A program made the position numbers and the translations under genes. Shown here one piece after another: positions 1 to 7,995 of a stretch of DNA of 64,000 nucleotides (position 1 is its first letter; each line of letters starts with the position of its first letter). Below the pieces are notes generated by a model. That model saw only the letters and a program-made list of their open reading frames with translations. It had not been told where the DNA came from and did not search any database. This stretch comes from Bdellovibrionota bacterium (lineage in GTDB: Bacteria; Bdellovibrionota; UBA2428), in assembly GCA_035539375.1 (NCBI GenBank), contig DATLIP010000114.1, positions 7,443 through 71,442 of the forward strand, in the 5' to 3' direction.

Positions 1-205
1 GCGACAAGAGGTAGGCGCGAATCGGCGTGGGAAGAAAGAGAGCAGCGAGAACAGCAAAGACCGTCCAGCAGGTGGCGGTCGCTCCGGCCATCCACAAGAG
101 ACCCGCGGCGAAAACCGCCCAGATCACGATCGGCGCACCGACAAAGCCCAAAATGAGCGCACCAACTACAAGTACGGGTACCACTAATGAAGACATATCA
201 GACAT
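1..205 (-). CDS. Hypothetical membrane protein, N-terminal part only (gene runs past the window start)
   Basis: The reverse complement of 1-205 reads ATG-initiated MSDMSSLVVPVLVVGALILGFVGAPIVIWAVFAAGLLWMAGATATCWTVFAVLAALFLPTPIRAYLLS, open to the window edge. It is strongly hydrophobic and TM-helix-like. It is more plausible than the Ala/Lys/Thr-rich plus ORF 27-218 on the same DNA. Confidence 0.4.
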   Translation of the reverse strand, partial: MSDMSSLVVPVLVVGALILGFVGAPIVIWAVFAAGLLWMAGATATCWTVFAVLAALFLPTPIRAYLLS

Positions 206-268
206 CATTGACTCCTAAATGCTTAACGAAATTCGCTTCAAATGCTTGAGAGATATCTCTTACATATT

Positions 269-532
269 AGGGCGTGACTTCATTTTCTAGCAAGCGCCTG
301 AAAGCCTAAATTTGCCGCAGGCACGAAGTGAGGAGCAATAAGGGTGGTTCCCTTTGAGCGACGAATGACAAAGCATGCGACAAATTTAGGCTTTCCCGCA
401 GGGCCAGAGAGAATTTCTCCGCAGACGTTGTCGCTTTTCGCTCCCGTGGAACCACCACGCCGGCTTCAAAGCTCCTAGCTGCGAACAAATTCTCTCGCGG
501 CAGGCGCTTGCTAGAAAATGAAGTCACGCCCT
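269..532. repeat. 264-bp structured element bounded by a 32-bp perfect inverted repeat (AGGGCGTGACTTCATTTTCTAGCAAGCGCCTG at 269-300; reverse complement at 501-532), with nested internal inverted repeats (GAAAGCCTAAATTTG / CAAATTTAGGCTTTC)
   Basis: Read directly from the sequence. It is intergenic, between the tapT stop and the upstream membrane-protein gene start. Confidence 0.6.
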
Positions 533-564
533 TTGACTAATGATGGATTGTGACACGGCCAGGG

Positions 565-1308
565 TCATTTCGCAGACGTCATTGACGCCGCGTGTTCAAG
601 GTCGCGGGTCTGCAGTTCGTCTTGCGTGATGAGCCCGCGGCTGTAGAGCGCGCGGTGAACCATGAGCTGAAAGATCCGCTCGCTGCGCTCGCGCAGCGAG
701 GGATCGCCTTCGAGCAGCGAAAGGGCCCGCGAGATGGCCTCGTAGGTGCTCATTTTCTCGGGATGCGATTCGCGGCGCAGCTGATAGGTGCTCAGGCGCT
801 CAAAGGGCAGCGAGACGGCGCGTGCGCCAGGCACTTGCTGCAACAGGCGGTTGGCGATTTTCTTGCCTTGCTTCCAGTTGCCGTCAGGGGCCCACAAACG
901 GTAGCGACGACCAGGGGCGAGCGCCACGGGCAGGGGCTCAGCGGTTTCGTGCGGAAAGAGCACGAGGTTTTCAACACCGTCCTGGGCACAGAGCTGCGCA
1001 AAGTCGGCGCGCTCGGCATCGCCCGCCTCGCCCTCTTGTCCGCGGACCAGCACCTTTGAGGGCGCAAAAACTTGCGCAGCGAGTTGTCCAGAATTCGTGG
1101 TGTGGCGGGCCTCGCGGTAGTGGATTGCGAGCACGAGATCTCCCTGGAGCAAATCATAGGACGGCATAAGCTCGCAAAAACACAAGTATTTGAGCATGCG
1201 ACAACCGTGACAACGGTTCCCGGACTTGCGGCTGGAGAGCTTGGGCATGCCCCCTCCTATCACAATTGCCGAACTCGCACTAACCGCAAGTGAAGGGCCG
1301 GGGGTCAT
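565..1308 (-). CDS. tapT: DTW-domain tRNA-uridine aminocarboxypropyltransferase (TapT/YfiP family)
   Basis: Has an N-terminal CxxC...CxC cluster (RCHGCRMLKYLCFC). LWAPDGNWKQGKK matches E. coli YfiP LDGTWPEARK, and STYQLRRE...STYEAISRALSLL matches SAYRLREAQ...CTAEVAIALL. An alternative internal ATG start lies at 1248. Confidence 0.8.
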   Translation of the reverse strand: MTPGPSLAVSASSAIVIGGGMPKLSSRKSGNRCHGCRMLKYLCFCELMPSYDLLQGDLVLAIHYREARHTTNSGQLAAQVFAPSKVLVRGQEGEAGDAERADFAQLCAQDGVENLVLFPHETAEPLPVALAPGRRYRLWAPDGNWKQGKKIANRLLQQVPGARAVSLPFERLSTYQLRRESHPEKMSTYEAISRALSLLEGDPSLRERSERIFQLMVHRALYSRGLITQDELQTRDLEHAASMTSAK

Positions 1309-1376
1309 AGGTGCGGATTGCGGATTTTAAAAAGTCGACTAGGCTAAAGCTTAAGACTCTGGGGAGGGTTTTGATC

Positions 1377-2144
1377 ATGGGGGGAGTGGATTACGTCGTA
1401 CTGCCGTACGCGCCGGGCACGGACACGCGCCTGTATTTTCAGCCAAGCTTAAGCATCAAGAGCGAACACAAGTGGCACATCTTTGAATACAGCGCGAACG
1501 ACTTTGAGCCCAAGCGCTATTTCGAAGAGCTCGAGGAGTTCATTCAGCTGCACTGCCACGAGGACATCTTAGTGCTCGTCGGGCATTCGTCGGCCTGTCG
1601 TCTGAGCCTAGAGTTTTTGAACCACTCGCTCTGCTATCCCGATGCCATCGCGTGGATCTCGCCGATGCTTGAGCCCGCTGCCACACGCGGTTACCTCTAT
1701 CAAGACCTCGATCCGAACACCAATCTCACCGCAAAGCTCGACCACTGGTGCAAAAAGCTCATCAATCAAGACTGCGCTGAAATCGCCCACGCGCTGATCG
1801 CCCAGGGAGACACCAACGAGCCGCTCTTTGCACAATTCGAAGAGTATCTTTGGCAACTGCGCCCAGCAAAGATCCCGATGGCATGCACGCGCCTGCCGAT
1901 CTTCGCGCTGAGCGGGGGCCTGGATCCCATCAACTCTTTCGAAGGTCTCTCACTGCAATTAAAAGATTTCTATCACAAGACGATCACTGAGCTGACCGAC
2001 ATCGGCCACTGCGCCTTTATCGAATCACCAAACGTGTTGAGTTTTTTGCTCGACGATTTTGTCAGCACGATCAAAGACGCGCAATCCAGCCACCACCAAG
2101 ACAGCGATCCCCATCAAAAAACACCGCCGCCTGACCTGGAGTGA
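1377..2144 (+). CDS. Alpha/beta-hydrolase fold protein (function unknown)
   Basis: Nucleophile-elbow-like VLVGHSSA motif. The ATG at 1377 is preceded by GGGGAGGG at a Shine-Dalgarno (SD) distance. The 3' end overlaps the convergent mnmA gene by about 70 bp. Confidence 0.55.
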   Translation: MGGVDYVVLPYAPGTDTRLYFQPSLSIKSEHKWHIFEYSANDFEPKRYFEELEEFIQLHCHEDILVLVGHSSACRLSLEFLNHSLCYPDAIAWISPMLEPAATRGYLYQDLDPNTNLTAKLDHWCKKLINQDCAEIAHALIAQGDTNEPLFAQFEEYLWQLRPAKIPMACTRLPIFALSGGLDPINSFEGLSLQLKDFYHKTITELTDIGHCAFIESPNVLSFLLDDFVSTIKDAQSSHHQDSDPHQKTPPPDLE

Positions 2145-3252
2145 CCGCGCGCTGGGGCGCCTCGAGTTCTAGAATCACCGTGGCGCCTTCTTCCACGCGC
2201 AGGCGCGCGGGAACCGCGGCGCTGCGGTAGCGAATCTTCACCTGCACCTCGCGCTCGCCTAAGGGGAAATCTTCACCAATCCAGTTCACGTCGCGAACTC
2301 GCGCGCGCGTTTTTAAGAGCGCGCTAGCCGGGCCCAGATATACGGTGCCGTTCACCGGGTCGATGTCGACCACAAAGAGGTCCGTCACGTCGAGGCCGGC
2401 CTTTTGCGCGGCTTCAAAGGGTTTCGCAAGGCCCTTGCGCTGACCGAGCGTGAAGTGATGAATGCCATCATGGCGGCACAGCGGTTTGCCGTCGAGGGTG
2501 GCCACGAATCCGGTTTTCATTTGCGCGGAATCCACACGGCCCGCGATGAATTCTTTGTAATCGTTAGAGGGCACAAAGCAGATCTCTTGGCTCTCTTTTT
2601 TCTGCGCCGTGAGCAGACCAAAGGCTTCGCCGAGCTGACGCACTTGGGGCTTGGTGAGATGACCCACGGGAAAGCACGTGCGCGAGAGCTGCGTTTGATT
2701 GAGGTTGAAGAGGAAATAACTCTGATCTTTTTTGGCGTCGCTACCCACCACCAGCTGATAGCCCACAGTCTCGTCGCACTCCACGCGCGCAAAGTGTCCG
2801 GTGGCAACGCAGTCGGCGCCGAGGTTCATGGCTTTCTTGTAGAGGTGGTTAAACTTCACGCGCGTGTTGCACATCACGCAGGGGTTTGGCGTGCGACCCC
2901 CCAGGTATTCGTCCACAAAGTAATCAACCACGTTGGCGTCGAAGGTGGCTTCGGTGCCGAGCACGTAGAAGGGAATCCCCAGACGCTCGCTCACGCGGCG
3001 AGCGTCTTCCATGTCTTTGGACGAGCAGCATGAGCCGCCCGAGTCGTCGCCGAGGTATTTCGAATAATCGGTGGTCTGCAGGGCGATGCCCACCACGTCG
3101 AGACCGCGCGCACGCAAGACGGCCGCGGCAACCGAGGAATCCACCCCACCCGACATCGCCACCACAACGCGCGTGCCGGGCGCGGGCACAGCTGCCGCGT
3201 CGACCATGGCGCGCAGTTCGGGCGTCTGCAGCAAATCCAAAAGCTCGCTCAC
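2071..3252 (-). CDS. mnmA: tRNA-specific 2-thiouridylase MnmA
   Basis: PP-loop SGGVDSS and conserved Cys motifs (NPCVMCN, ...CF) match MnmA/TrmU throughout. The GTG start overlaps the upstream cysteine desulfurase stop (GTGA). Confidence 0.9.
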   Translation of the reverse strand: MSELLDLLQTPELRAMVDAAAVPAPGTRVVVAMSGGVDSSVAAAVLRARGLDVVGIALQTTDYSKYLGDDSGGSCCSSKDMEDARRVSERLGIPFYVLGTEATFDANVVDYFVDEYLGGRTPNPCVMCNTRVKFNHLYKKAMNLGADCVATGHFARVECDETVGYQLVVGSDAKKDQSYFLFNLNQTQLSRTCFPVGHLTKPQVRQLGEAFGLLTAQKKESQEICFVPSNDYKEFIAGRVDSAQMKTGFVATLDGKPLCRHDGIHHFTLGQRKGLAKPFEAAQKAGLDVTDLFVVDIDPVNGTVYLGPASALLKTRARVRDVNWIGEDFPLGEREVQVKIRYRSAAVPARLRVEEGATVILELEAPQRAVTPGQAAVFFDGDRCLGGGWIARL

Positions 3253-4577
3253 GTTGCGCCTCCGCCGGGAGTGGCGCGCATTTGCGGCAACACACCGGCC
3301 CAGTAATTCTTTCCGTCGCGGATGCGCGAGACAATCGCCTCTAGCGCATCGGCAAAGTCCGTGATCTCTTCAGCCGTGGTCTCCACGCCAAGCGAGAGAC
3401 GCACACTCGCCAGCGCGATGGCGGCGTCGTAGCCCATAGCGAGCAGCACGTGCGAGGGTTTGAGTGAGCCACTGTTGCAAGCCGAACCACTGGACACCGA
3501 GAAACCTTCGACGTCGAGGGCCATCACAAGCGACTCTTCGTCGCAGTCGTCGATATGAAAGTTCAGCGTGTTCACGGCCGCAGGCAAGTCGCCCTCACTC
3601 GTGAGACCGTGCACATGGTAGCCAGAAGTTTTTGCAAGTCGCGCATGCAAGAGCGCGCGAAGATCTTTCATATGGGAGCGGTACGCGTCGCCATGTGCGC
3701 GCCAATCTTCGAGTGCCAGGAGCCAGCTCAGCGCCGCGAGCGAGTTGAAAGTGCCCGCGCGACGTTTTTTCTCCTGCACGCCGCCCGTCACGAAGGGTGC
3801 AAAGGGCACCTGCGGACGCAGCCACAGGGCGCCGATGCCGCTCGCCGCTCCCAGCTTGTGTGCCGAGACCGAGGCGTAATCGGCTTGATACCAGGCCATA
3901 CGAAGATGGCGCGGTTCGATTTTTCCAAAGGCCTGTGCGGCGTCGAGGTGCAACCACACGCGGCGCTCGAGGCTCTCGGCGTAAAAACGCTTGGAACCTG
4001 TGACACCTTCGCGACGCTCAAAGGCCTCGCGAATTTCGGTGAGGGCGGCAGCGAGGCGCTCGTAATCGAGAAGCACTCCGGTTTCGTTGTTCACCAAATT
4101 CAGAGAGACGAGCACGTCAGCGCGCTCATCTTGCAAAATCTCACGCACCACGCGCGAGAGGCTTTCAATGTCGGGTTGTCCGTGGCGATCGACGCCAATC
4201 ACCTGCACGCCTGCAGCTCCGCAGTGGGCAAGGGTTTCGAGCACGGCCGAGTGTTCGGCGCTCGAGGTGATGACAAAGGGAAGACGCGATTCGCTGCGGC
4301 GGTTGGCGCAAAAGCCTCGCAGCACGGTGTTGATAGCTTCGGTGGCGCCCGAGGTGAAAACCCACTCATCGCCATCGGCGCGGCCCACATAAGCGCCGAG
4401 CGCGGCGCGCAGCCGGGCCACCATCGCCTTGGCAGATTGGCCGTGGCGATGCACAGACGAAGGGTTGAGAATTTCGGGATCGACGCTGGCCAGAGACGCG
4501 CGCAGGCCCTCGCGCACCGCCGGCAGCAGCGGGTGCGTGGCGTTGCAGTCGAGGTAAACAGCGCGTTGCGTTATCAC
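3249..4577 (-). CDS. iscS: Cysteine desulfurase (IscS/NifS family, PLP-dependent)
   Basis: RAVYLDCNATHP N-terminus, PLP-lysine context SAHKLGAASGIGALW and active-site loop SSGSACNSG. The start is probably the GTG near 4577; the track ORF extends to 4667. It is translationally coupled to mnmA. Confidence 0.85.
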   Translation of the reverse strand: MITQRAVYLDCNATHPLLPAVREGLRASLASVDPEILNPSSVHRHGQSAKAMVARLRAALGAYVGRADGDEWVFTSGATEAINTVLRGFCANRRSESRLPFVITSSAEHSAVLETLAHCGAAGVQVIGVDRHGQPDIESLSRVVREILQDERADVLVSLNLVNNETGVLLDYERLAAALTEIREAFERREGVTGSKRFYAESLERRVWLHLDAAQAFGKIEPRHLRMAWYQADYASVSAHKLGAASGIGALWLRPQVPFAPFVTGGVQEKKRRAGTFNSLAALSWLLALEDWRAHGDAYRSHMKDLRALLHARLAKTSGYHVHGLTSEGDLPAAVNTLNFHIDDCDEESLVMALDVEGFSVSSGSACNSGSLKPSHVLLAMGYDAAIALASVRLSLGVETTAEEITDFADALEAIVSRIRDGKNYWAGVLPQMRATPGGGAT

Positions 4578-4658
4578 GGACTTGTCATAGTGGAACGGCC
4601 TCCGGGGAGTCAAATTCTTTGTCCCCGCTCCGCACGTCAGGGCGATAAAATGGGAGAC

Positions 4659-5498
4659 ATGAAGCACGCCTTGAGTCTTCTCGTCAGTACGCTCACCCTA
4701 CTCGGCGCTCCTATCGCAGCCCGCGCCATGGTGCCCATGAACCTCAGCACAAGTTATACAAGCTACTCGAGCGTGGCCGAGCACCGCGCCGTGGGCCAGA
4801 GCGGCGACAACTTTGCCCTGAGCCAATTCGACTTCACCTTTGGACTCCGCACTTTCAACGACCCCGAGTACCGGGCCCATCTCCAGGTGGGGCTACCCCT
4901 GCGCACGCTGCAGATGAATTCGGGCACCTCGAGCGCCATCGGCTCCGAGCTCGGCGGTTGGCGCCTGGCCTGGAACCAAAGCTTTTACGAAGTTCTGGGC
5001 TGGGACCTGAGCTACATCAAAAACGCCTCGTCGCGTCTCGGTCTCTTTGCCGAAAACCAGAGTCTTGAGTCGATCGTGAGCTTGCGCACTCTGGTCTTCC
5101 CGACGCGCTACCTGCTGGTGCGCGCGCACGCGGGGCCGGGCCTGCGCCTCACAAGCAGCCGCGACACCGACACTCGCTTCGGCCCCATGTTGATTGGCCG
5201 CGCCGGTGTGGAACTGATCATGGCAAGCGAGAGCATCGGCAAGATCGCTCTCGGCCTCGGCGCCATGCTACGTCAGCGCACGAGCTACCACGACGCCGAG
5301 AGCGGACGCGGCGGCGAGAGGCTTGTGACATTGCAACCGAATTTGGCTTGGGAAGTGGTGCCGGACCTGTGGGTGACGGCGCAGTACACACGCGCCCTGG
5401 TGCGGCCCGAAGGCCGCGAGCAATCCATGGGAGACGTGAGTCTCGGTGGTCTCTACGGAGACTCTCTCAGCTTTGGAATTTCCACGGCCTCATTTTGA
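4659..5498 (+). CDS. Outer-membrane beta-barrel-like hypothetical protein
   Basis: Signal peptide MKHALSLLVSTLTLLGAPIAARA, alternating amphipathic beta-strand pattern and a C-terminal ...GISTASF ending in Phe. This is the in-frame tail of the long ORF 3555-5498, whose first 1.1 kb is antisense to iscS. Confidence 0.5.
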   Translation: MKHALSLLVSTLTLLGAPIAARAMVPMNLSTSYTSYSSVAEHRAVGQSGDNFALSQFDFTFGLRTFNDPEYRAHLQVGLPLRTLQMNSGTSSAIGSELGGWRLAWNQSFYEVLGWDLSYIKNASSRLGLFAENQSLESIVSLRTLVFPTRYLLVRAHAGPGLRLTSSRDTDTRFGPMLIGRAGVELIMASESIGKIALGLGAMLRQRTSYHDAESGRGGERLVTLQPNLAWEVVPDLWVTAQYTRALVRPEGREQSMGDVSLGGLYGDSLSFGISTASF

Positions 5499-6065
5499 GA
5501 TCGCATAGCCGTAGCTATTTGTCGACCAACCGAGCGAAGCGAGCACTTGCTGCAGGTTGTAGGGGTCGACCACCATGGCGTGCGCCAAGATCGTGCCTTC
5601 GCCCATCTTGGCTGGAAGGCGCACGAGGCCACCACCGGTGTTTTCCATGGTCGTGGTTTCAATAAACCACTCATCGTATTCGTAGATTTTGCGCGAACCA
5701 TTGCCGGCCACAATCACATAAGAGCCCACTACGGGTCTAAAGCTATTGCTGGAGATTTGTTCACCGTCGAGGATGCGCAGGGTCTCGGCATTGCCCGAGC
5801 TGCCACGGCCAATGACCCGGAGATATTCGTTGGCGTAGTTGCCCTGAACGCCCGTGATGTCTAGGTAGGCCACGTTGGCGACGGGATCCATTTGTACCGA
5901 GAAACAGCCTCCACCGCCCGAACAGAGGTCGGCCGAGTTGAGCATGTAAGCGCTTTCGTAACGGCCACCCAGGCCCATACGACTTTGCGAGCACGCCGTG
6001 CCGAGAAGCACGAGCAGCGCCGGAGCTAAAAAGCGAAAGCGATTGATACGTTTGGTTTGTCCCAT
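5490..6065 (-). CDS. Hypothetical lipoprotein
   Basis: Signal peptide plus lipobox LLGTAC; Gly-rich mature protein; no recognised domain. Confidence 0.5.
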   Translation of the reverse strand: MGQTKRINRFRFLAPALLVLLGTACSQSRMGLGGRYESAYMLNSADLCSGGGGCFSVQMDPVANVAYLDITGVQGNYANEYLRVIGRGSSGNAETLRILDGEQISSNSFRPVVGSYVIVAGNGSRKIYEYDEWFIETTTMENTGGGLVRLPAKMGEGTILAHAMVVDPYNLQQVLASLGWSTNSYGYAISK

Positions 6066-6197
6066 AATCCCACCCAAAGCACATGTTGCAGAGGCCGTGC
6101 CAAGGGCGACCCTTAATGATTTCTTAACCTTGCACGGCCGTTTTTGAGCTTAAGCTGTCGAAACTTTAGACAGCTGCCAGGAATCGTCCATAAGTCC

Positions 6198-7217
6198 CTA
6201 AGGGTTAGGGGCTGGTGGCAGCAGGCTAAGCATATACTCAAAATAGCGAATGGTGTTTTCAGCTCTTTCCGGCGTGCGGAAGTACTGAAAGGTCACCATA
6301 TCGAGCGATTCGTTCATAAAGGGCAAGGCCTGACCGGACTCCACGAAAGGTTCCATAAAGGTCTTCGGATCGGACATCACTGTGGGGGTGGCAGCGTCCA
6401 AAAAGGCCAATCCGTCGATGATGCCCGCCCGATTCGGATCCGGAAATCGCTGGTAGAGTTTGTTCATAAGGTTTTTCCAGCGGTCGCGCTGCGCTTGGAA
6501 TGCTGGGCTATGGGCCACGGCGAGAATTTCCACACGTTTGGCGTGAATCTCTTCGGGGTCCTTTGTTTTTTCGAGCGAAAAATCGTAGACGTCGAGCTTC
6601 GGGTGCAAGGGAAAATCCATGAGCTGGAATACGGTGAGCGCATAATTGAGGCTATCGGTGGCGCCCAAAAAACCGCCCGAACGATTGTCAAAGCGCGTGG
6701 GCTGTCCGTAACGGTAAACGATTTGACCGCTGGCGAGGATTTCGGGCATCGGCAGTCCCTGCTCTCGGTAGCTCCGCTCCATGCGAGTCATGATCGCGCG
6801 GTGCGTGGCCATGTAGCGTTCCACTCCGTAAGGGAGAAGCAGATACTGCGGAGTGATCCACGTGTTACCGTAAGCATCAACAAGGTAGAGAAAGGTTTCG
6901 TTGGAGCGACTCGGGCGCCACGTGTCCACATTGTAAAGCTCGCCCGCCTCTTCAACTTCGATCTTAAAACGCTGACCCGTCTCATCGTAGTACTTGGCGT
7001 ATTCGGGCTTGTACACAAACTCGTATTTGAGCGGGGGCGGCAGTGTGAGGGCCGCTATGAGGCGGCGACAATTGATAGTGCCCTCATCGATTGCCGGGGG
7101 AGTGGCCACGCTGGCGGCGGCCACGGCGGTCGAGTGCTCCGCACGCGCACACGGCAAGACGCCCGCGCTCAGCGCGACGATCATTATCAGCAGCTTCGTG
7201 GTCCGGCATCTTCCCAT
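6198..7217 (-). CDS. Secreted hypothetical protein
   Basis: ATG start; signal peptide MGRCRTTKLLIMIVALSAGVLPCARA; normal composition. The overlapping plus ORF 6144-7262 is R/H/G-rich antisense. Confidence 0.55.
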   Translation of the reverse strand: MGRCRTTKLLIMIVALSAGVLPCARAEHSTAVAAASVATPPAIDEGTINCRRLIAALTLPPPLKYEFVYKPEYAKYYDETGQRFKIEVEEAGELYNVDTWRPSRSNETFLYLVDAYGNTWITPQYLLLPYGVERYMATHRAIMTRMERSYREQGLPMPEILASGQIVYRYGQPTRFDNRSGGFLGATDSLNYALTVFQLMDFPLHPKLDVYDFSLEKTKDPEEIHAKRVEILAVAHSPAFQAQRDRWKNLMNKLYQRFPDPNRAGIIDGLAFLDAATPTVMSDPKTFMEPFVESGQALPFMNESLDMVTFQYFRTPERAENTIRYFEYMLSLLPPAPNP

Positions 7218-7353
7218 TTTGCTTTCTTCTCAACCCTTCGGTTGAATCTGGCCCTTTGTTGAGAACCGGAAGCAGGCCTAACACCAAAAAATCGTTCTGG
7301 CAGAAAAACCTTGAATGGGGAGGGATCTTAACGAATTTCTCACAGAAGAGCGC

Positions 7354-7896
7354 TTATTCGTAGGTGGTTTCACGGGCATAAGCGCGGTTGACGGCCGCTT
7401 CGCGCAGGGCGCGCTCTTCGCCCGAGATGGCGCCGATGCGCTGGTTGAGCTCGGCTTTGCGCTCTTCGAATTCGCGTGTGCGGTCGAGCTGTTCCAAGGT
7501 GAGCACTTCCATGTCGGCGTACAATTCTCCGAGCCGACGCTCCAAATAAGCGTCGTATTCACGATCGCGCTCGCTAGTGAGTGGGGCACCCAAACGACGA
7601 CGCTTGATCCAGTTGCGCGTCTCCATGTGATCGCTCATCGCTTGACGGTAGCTCGAAGTGACGCGAAGGTTTTCGCGCTCGACGGCGAGAAGCTCATCCA
7701 AAAGACTTTGAAGTTCGGGAGTGTCGCGCTCGCGAAGCTCAGCTCGGGCAAGTACCGCTTGGCAATAACGCGAAAGCGCCTTGATGGGGCCTAGAGAGGC
7801 CACTCCGTGAGCGTGAAGGGGGTTCATGGAGAATAGCAGCCCAAGAAGGATGGCATCTTGGACTCTCCTCAAACCCAAAGCTGAGAAGAACGACAC
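7354..7896 (-). CDS. Secreted hypothetical protein, charged and coiled-coil-like
   Basis: N-terminal signal-like segment LLGLLFSMNPLHAHG; E/R-rich helical repeats. Confidence 0.45.
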   Translation of the reverse strand: MSFFSALGLRRVQDAILLGLLFSMNPLHAHGVASLGPIKALSRYCQAVLARAELRERDTPELQSLLDELLAVERENLRVTSSYRQAMSDHMETRNWIKRRRLGAPLTSERDREYDAYLERRLGELYADMEVLTLEQLDRTREFEERKAELNQRIGAISGEERALREAAVNRAYARETTYE

Positions 7897-7951
7897 ACCC
7901 GTATTCGTAGCGCAGTTGCCCCGTTAAAGATCCTTAACTGATCTTAAAATT

Positions 7952-7963
7952 CGTAAGCTTACG
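7952..7963. promoter_or_regulatory. 12-bp perfect palindrome CGTAAGCTTACG with an adjacent AAGATC...GATCTT dyad, in an AT-rich intergenic region 3' of lnt
   Basis: Seen in the sequence; candidate operator or terminator-associated dyad. Confidence 0.3.
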
Positions 7964-7995
7964 CAATCCTAACAAAAACCAAAGCGTCTTGAATT

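Noticed and set aside
27-218. Plus-strand 63-aa ORF at the window start
   Set aside because: Low-complexity A/K/T-rich product; the opposite strand encodes a coherent hydrophobic membrane-protein N-terminus open to the window edge.
306-527. 73-aa ORF inside the 32-bp inverted-repeat element
   Set aside because: It lies wholly within a highly palindromic element where ORFs arise trivially; no SD.
3555-4650. First 365 codons of the 647-aa plus-strand ORF 3555-5498
   Set aside because: It is entirely antisense to the well-supported cysteine desulfurase gene, R/A/G-rich, and contains no stops only because of high GC. Only the in-frame tail from the ATG at about 4659 (signal peptide plus OMP-like protein) was retained.
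6144-7262. 372-aa plus-strand ORF
   Set aside because: Antisense to a secreted protein gene with a proper ATG and signal peptide. The product is R/H/G-rich and typical of GC-rich antisense frames.
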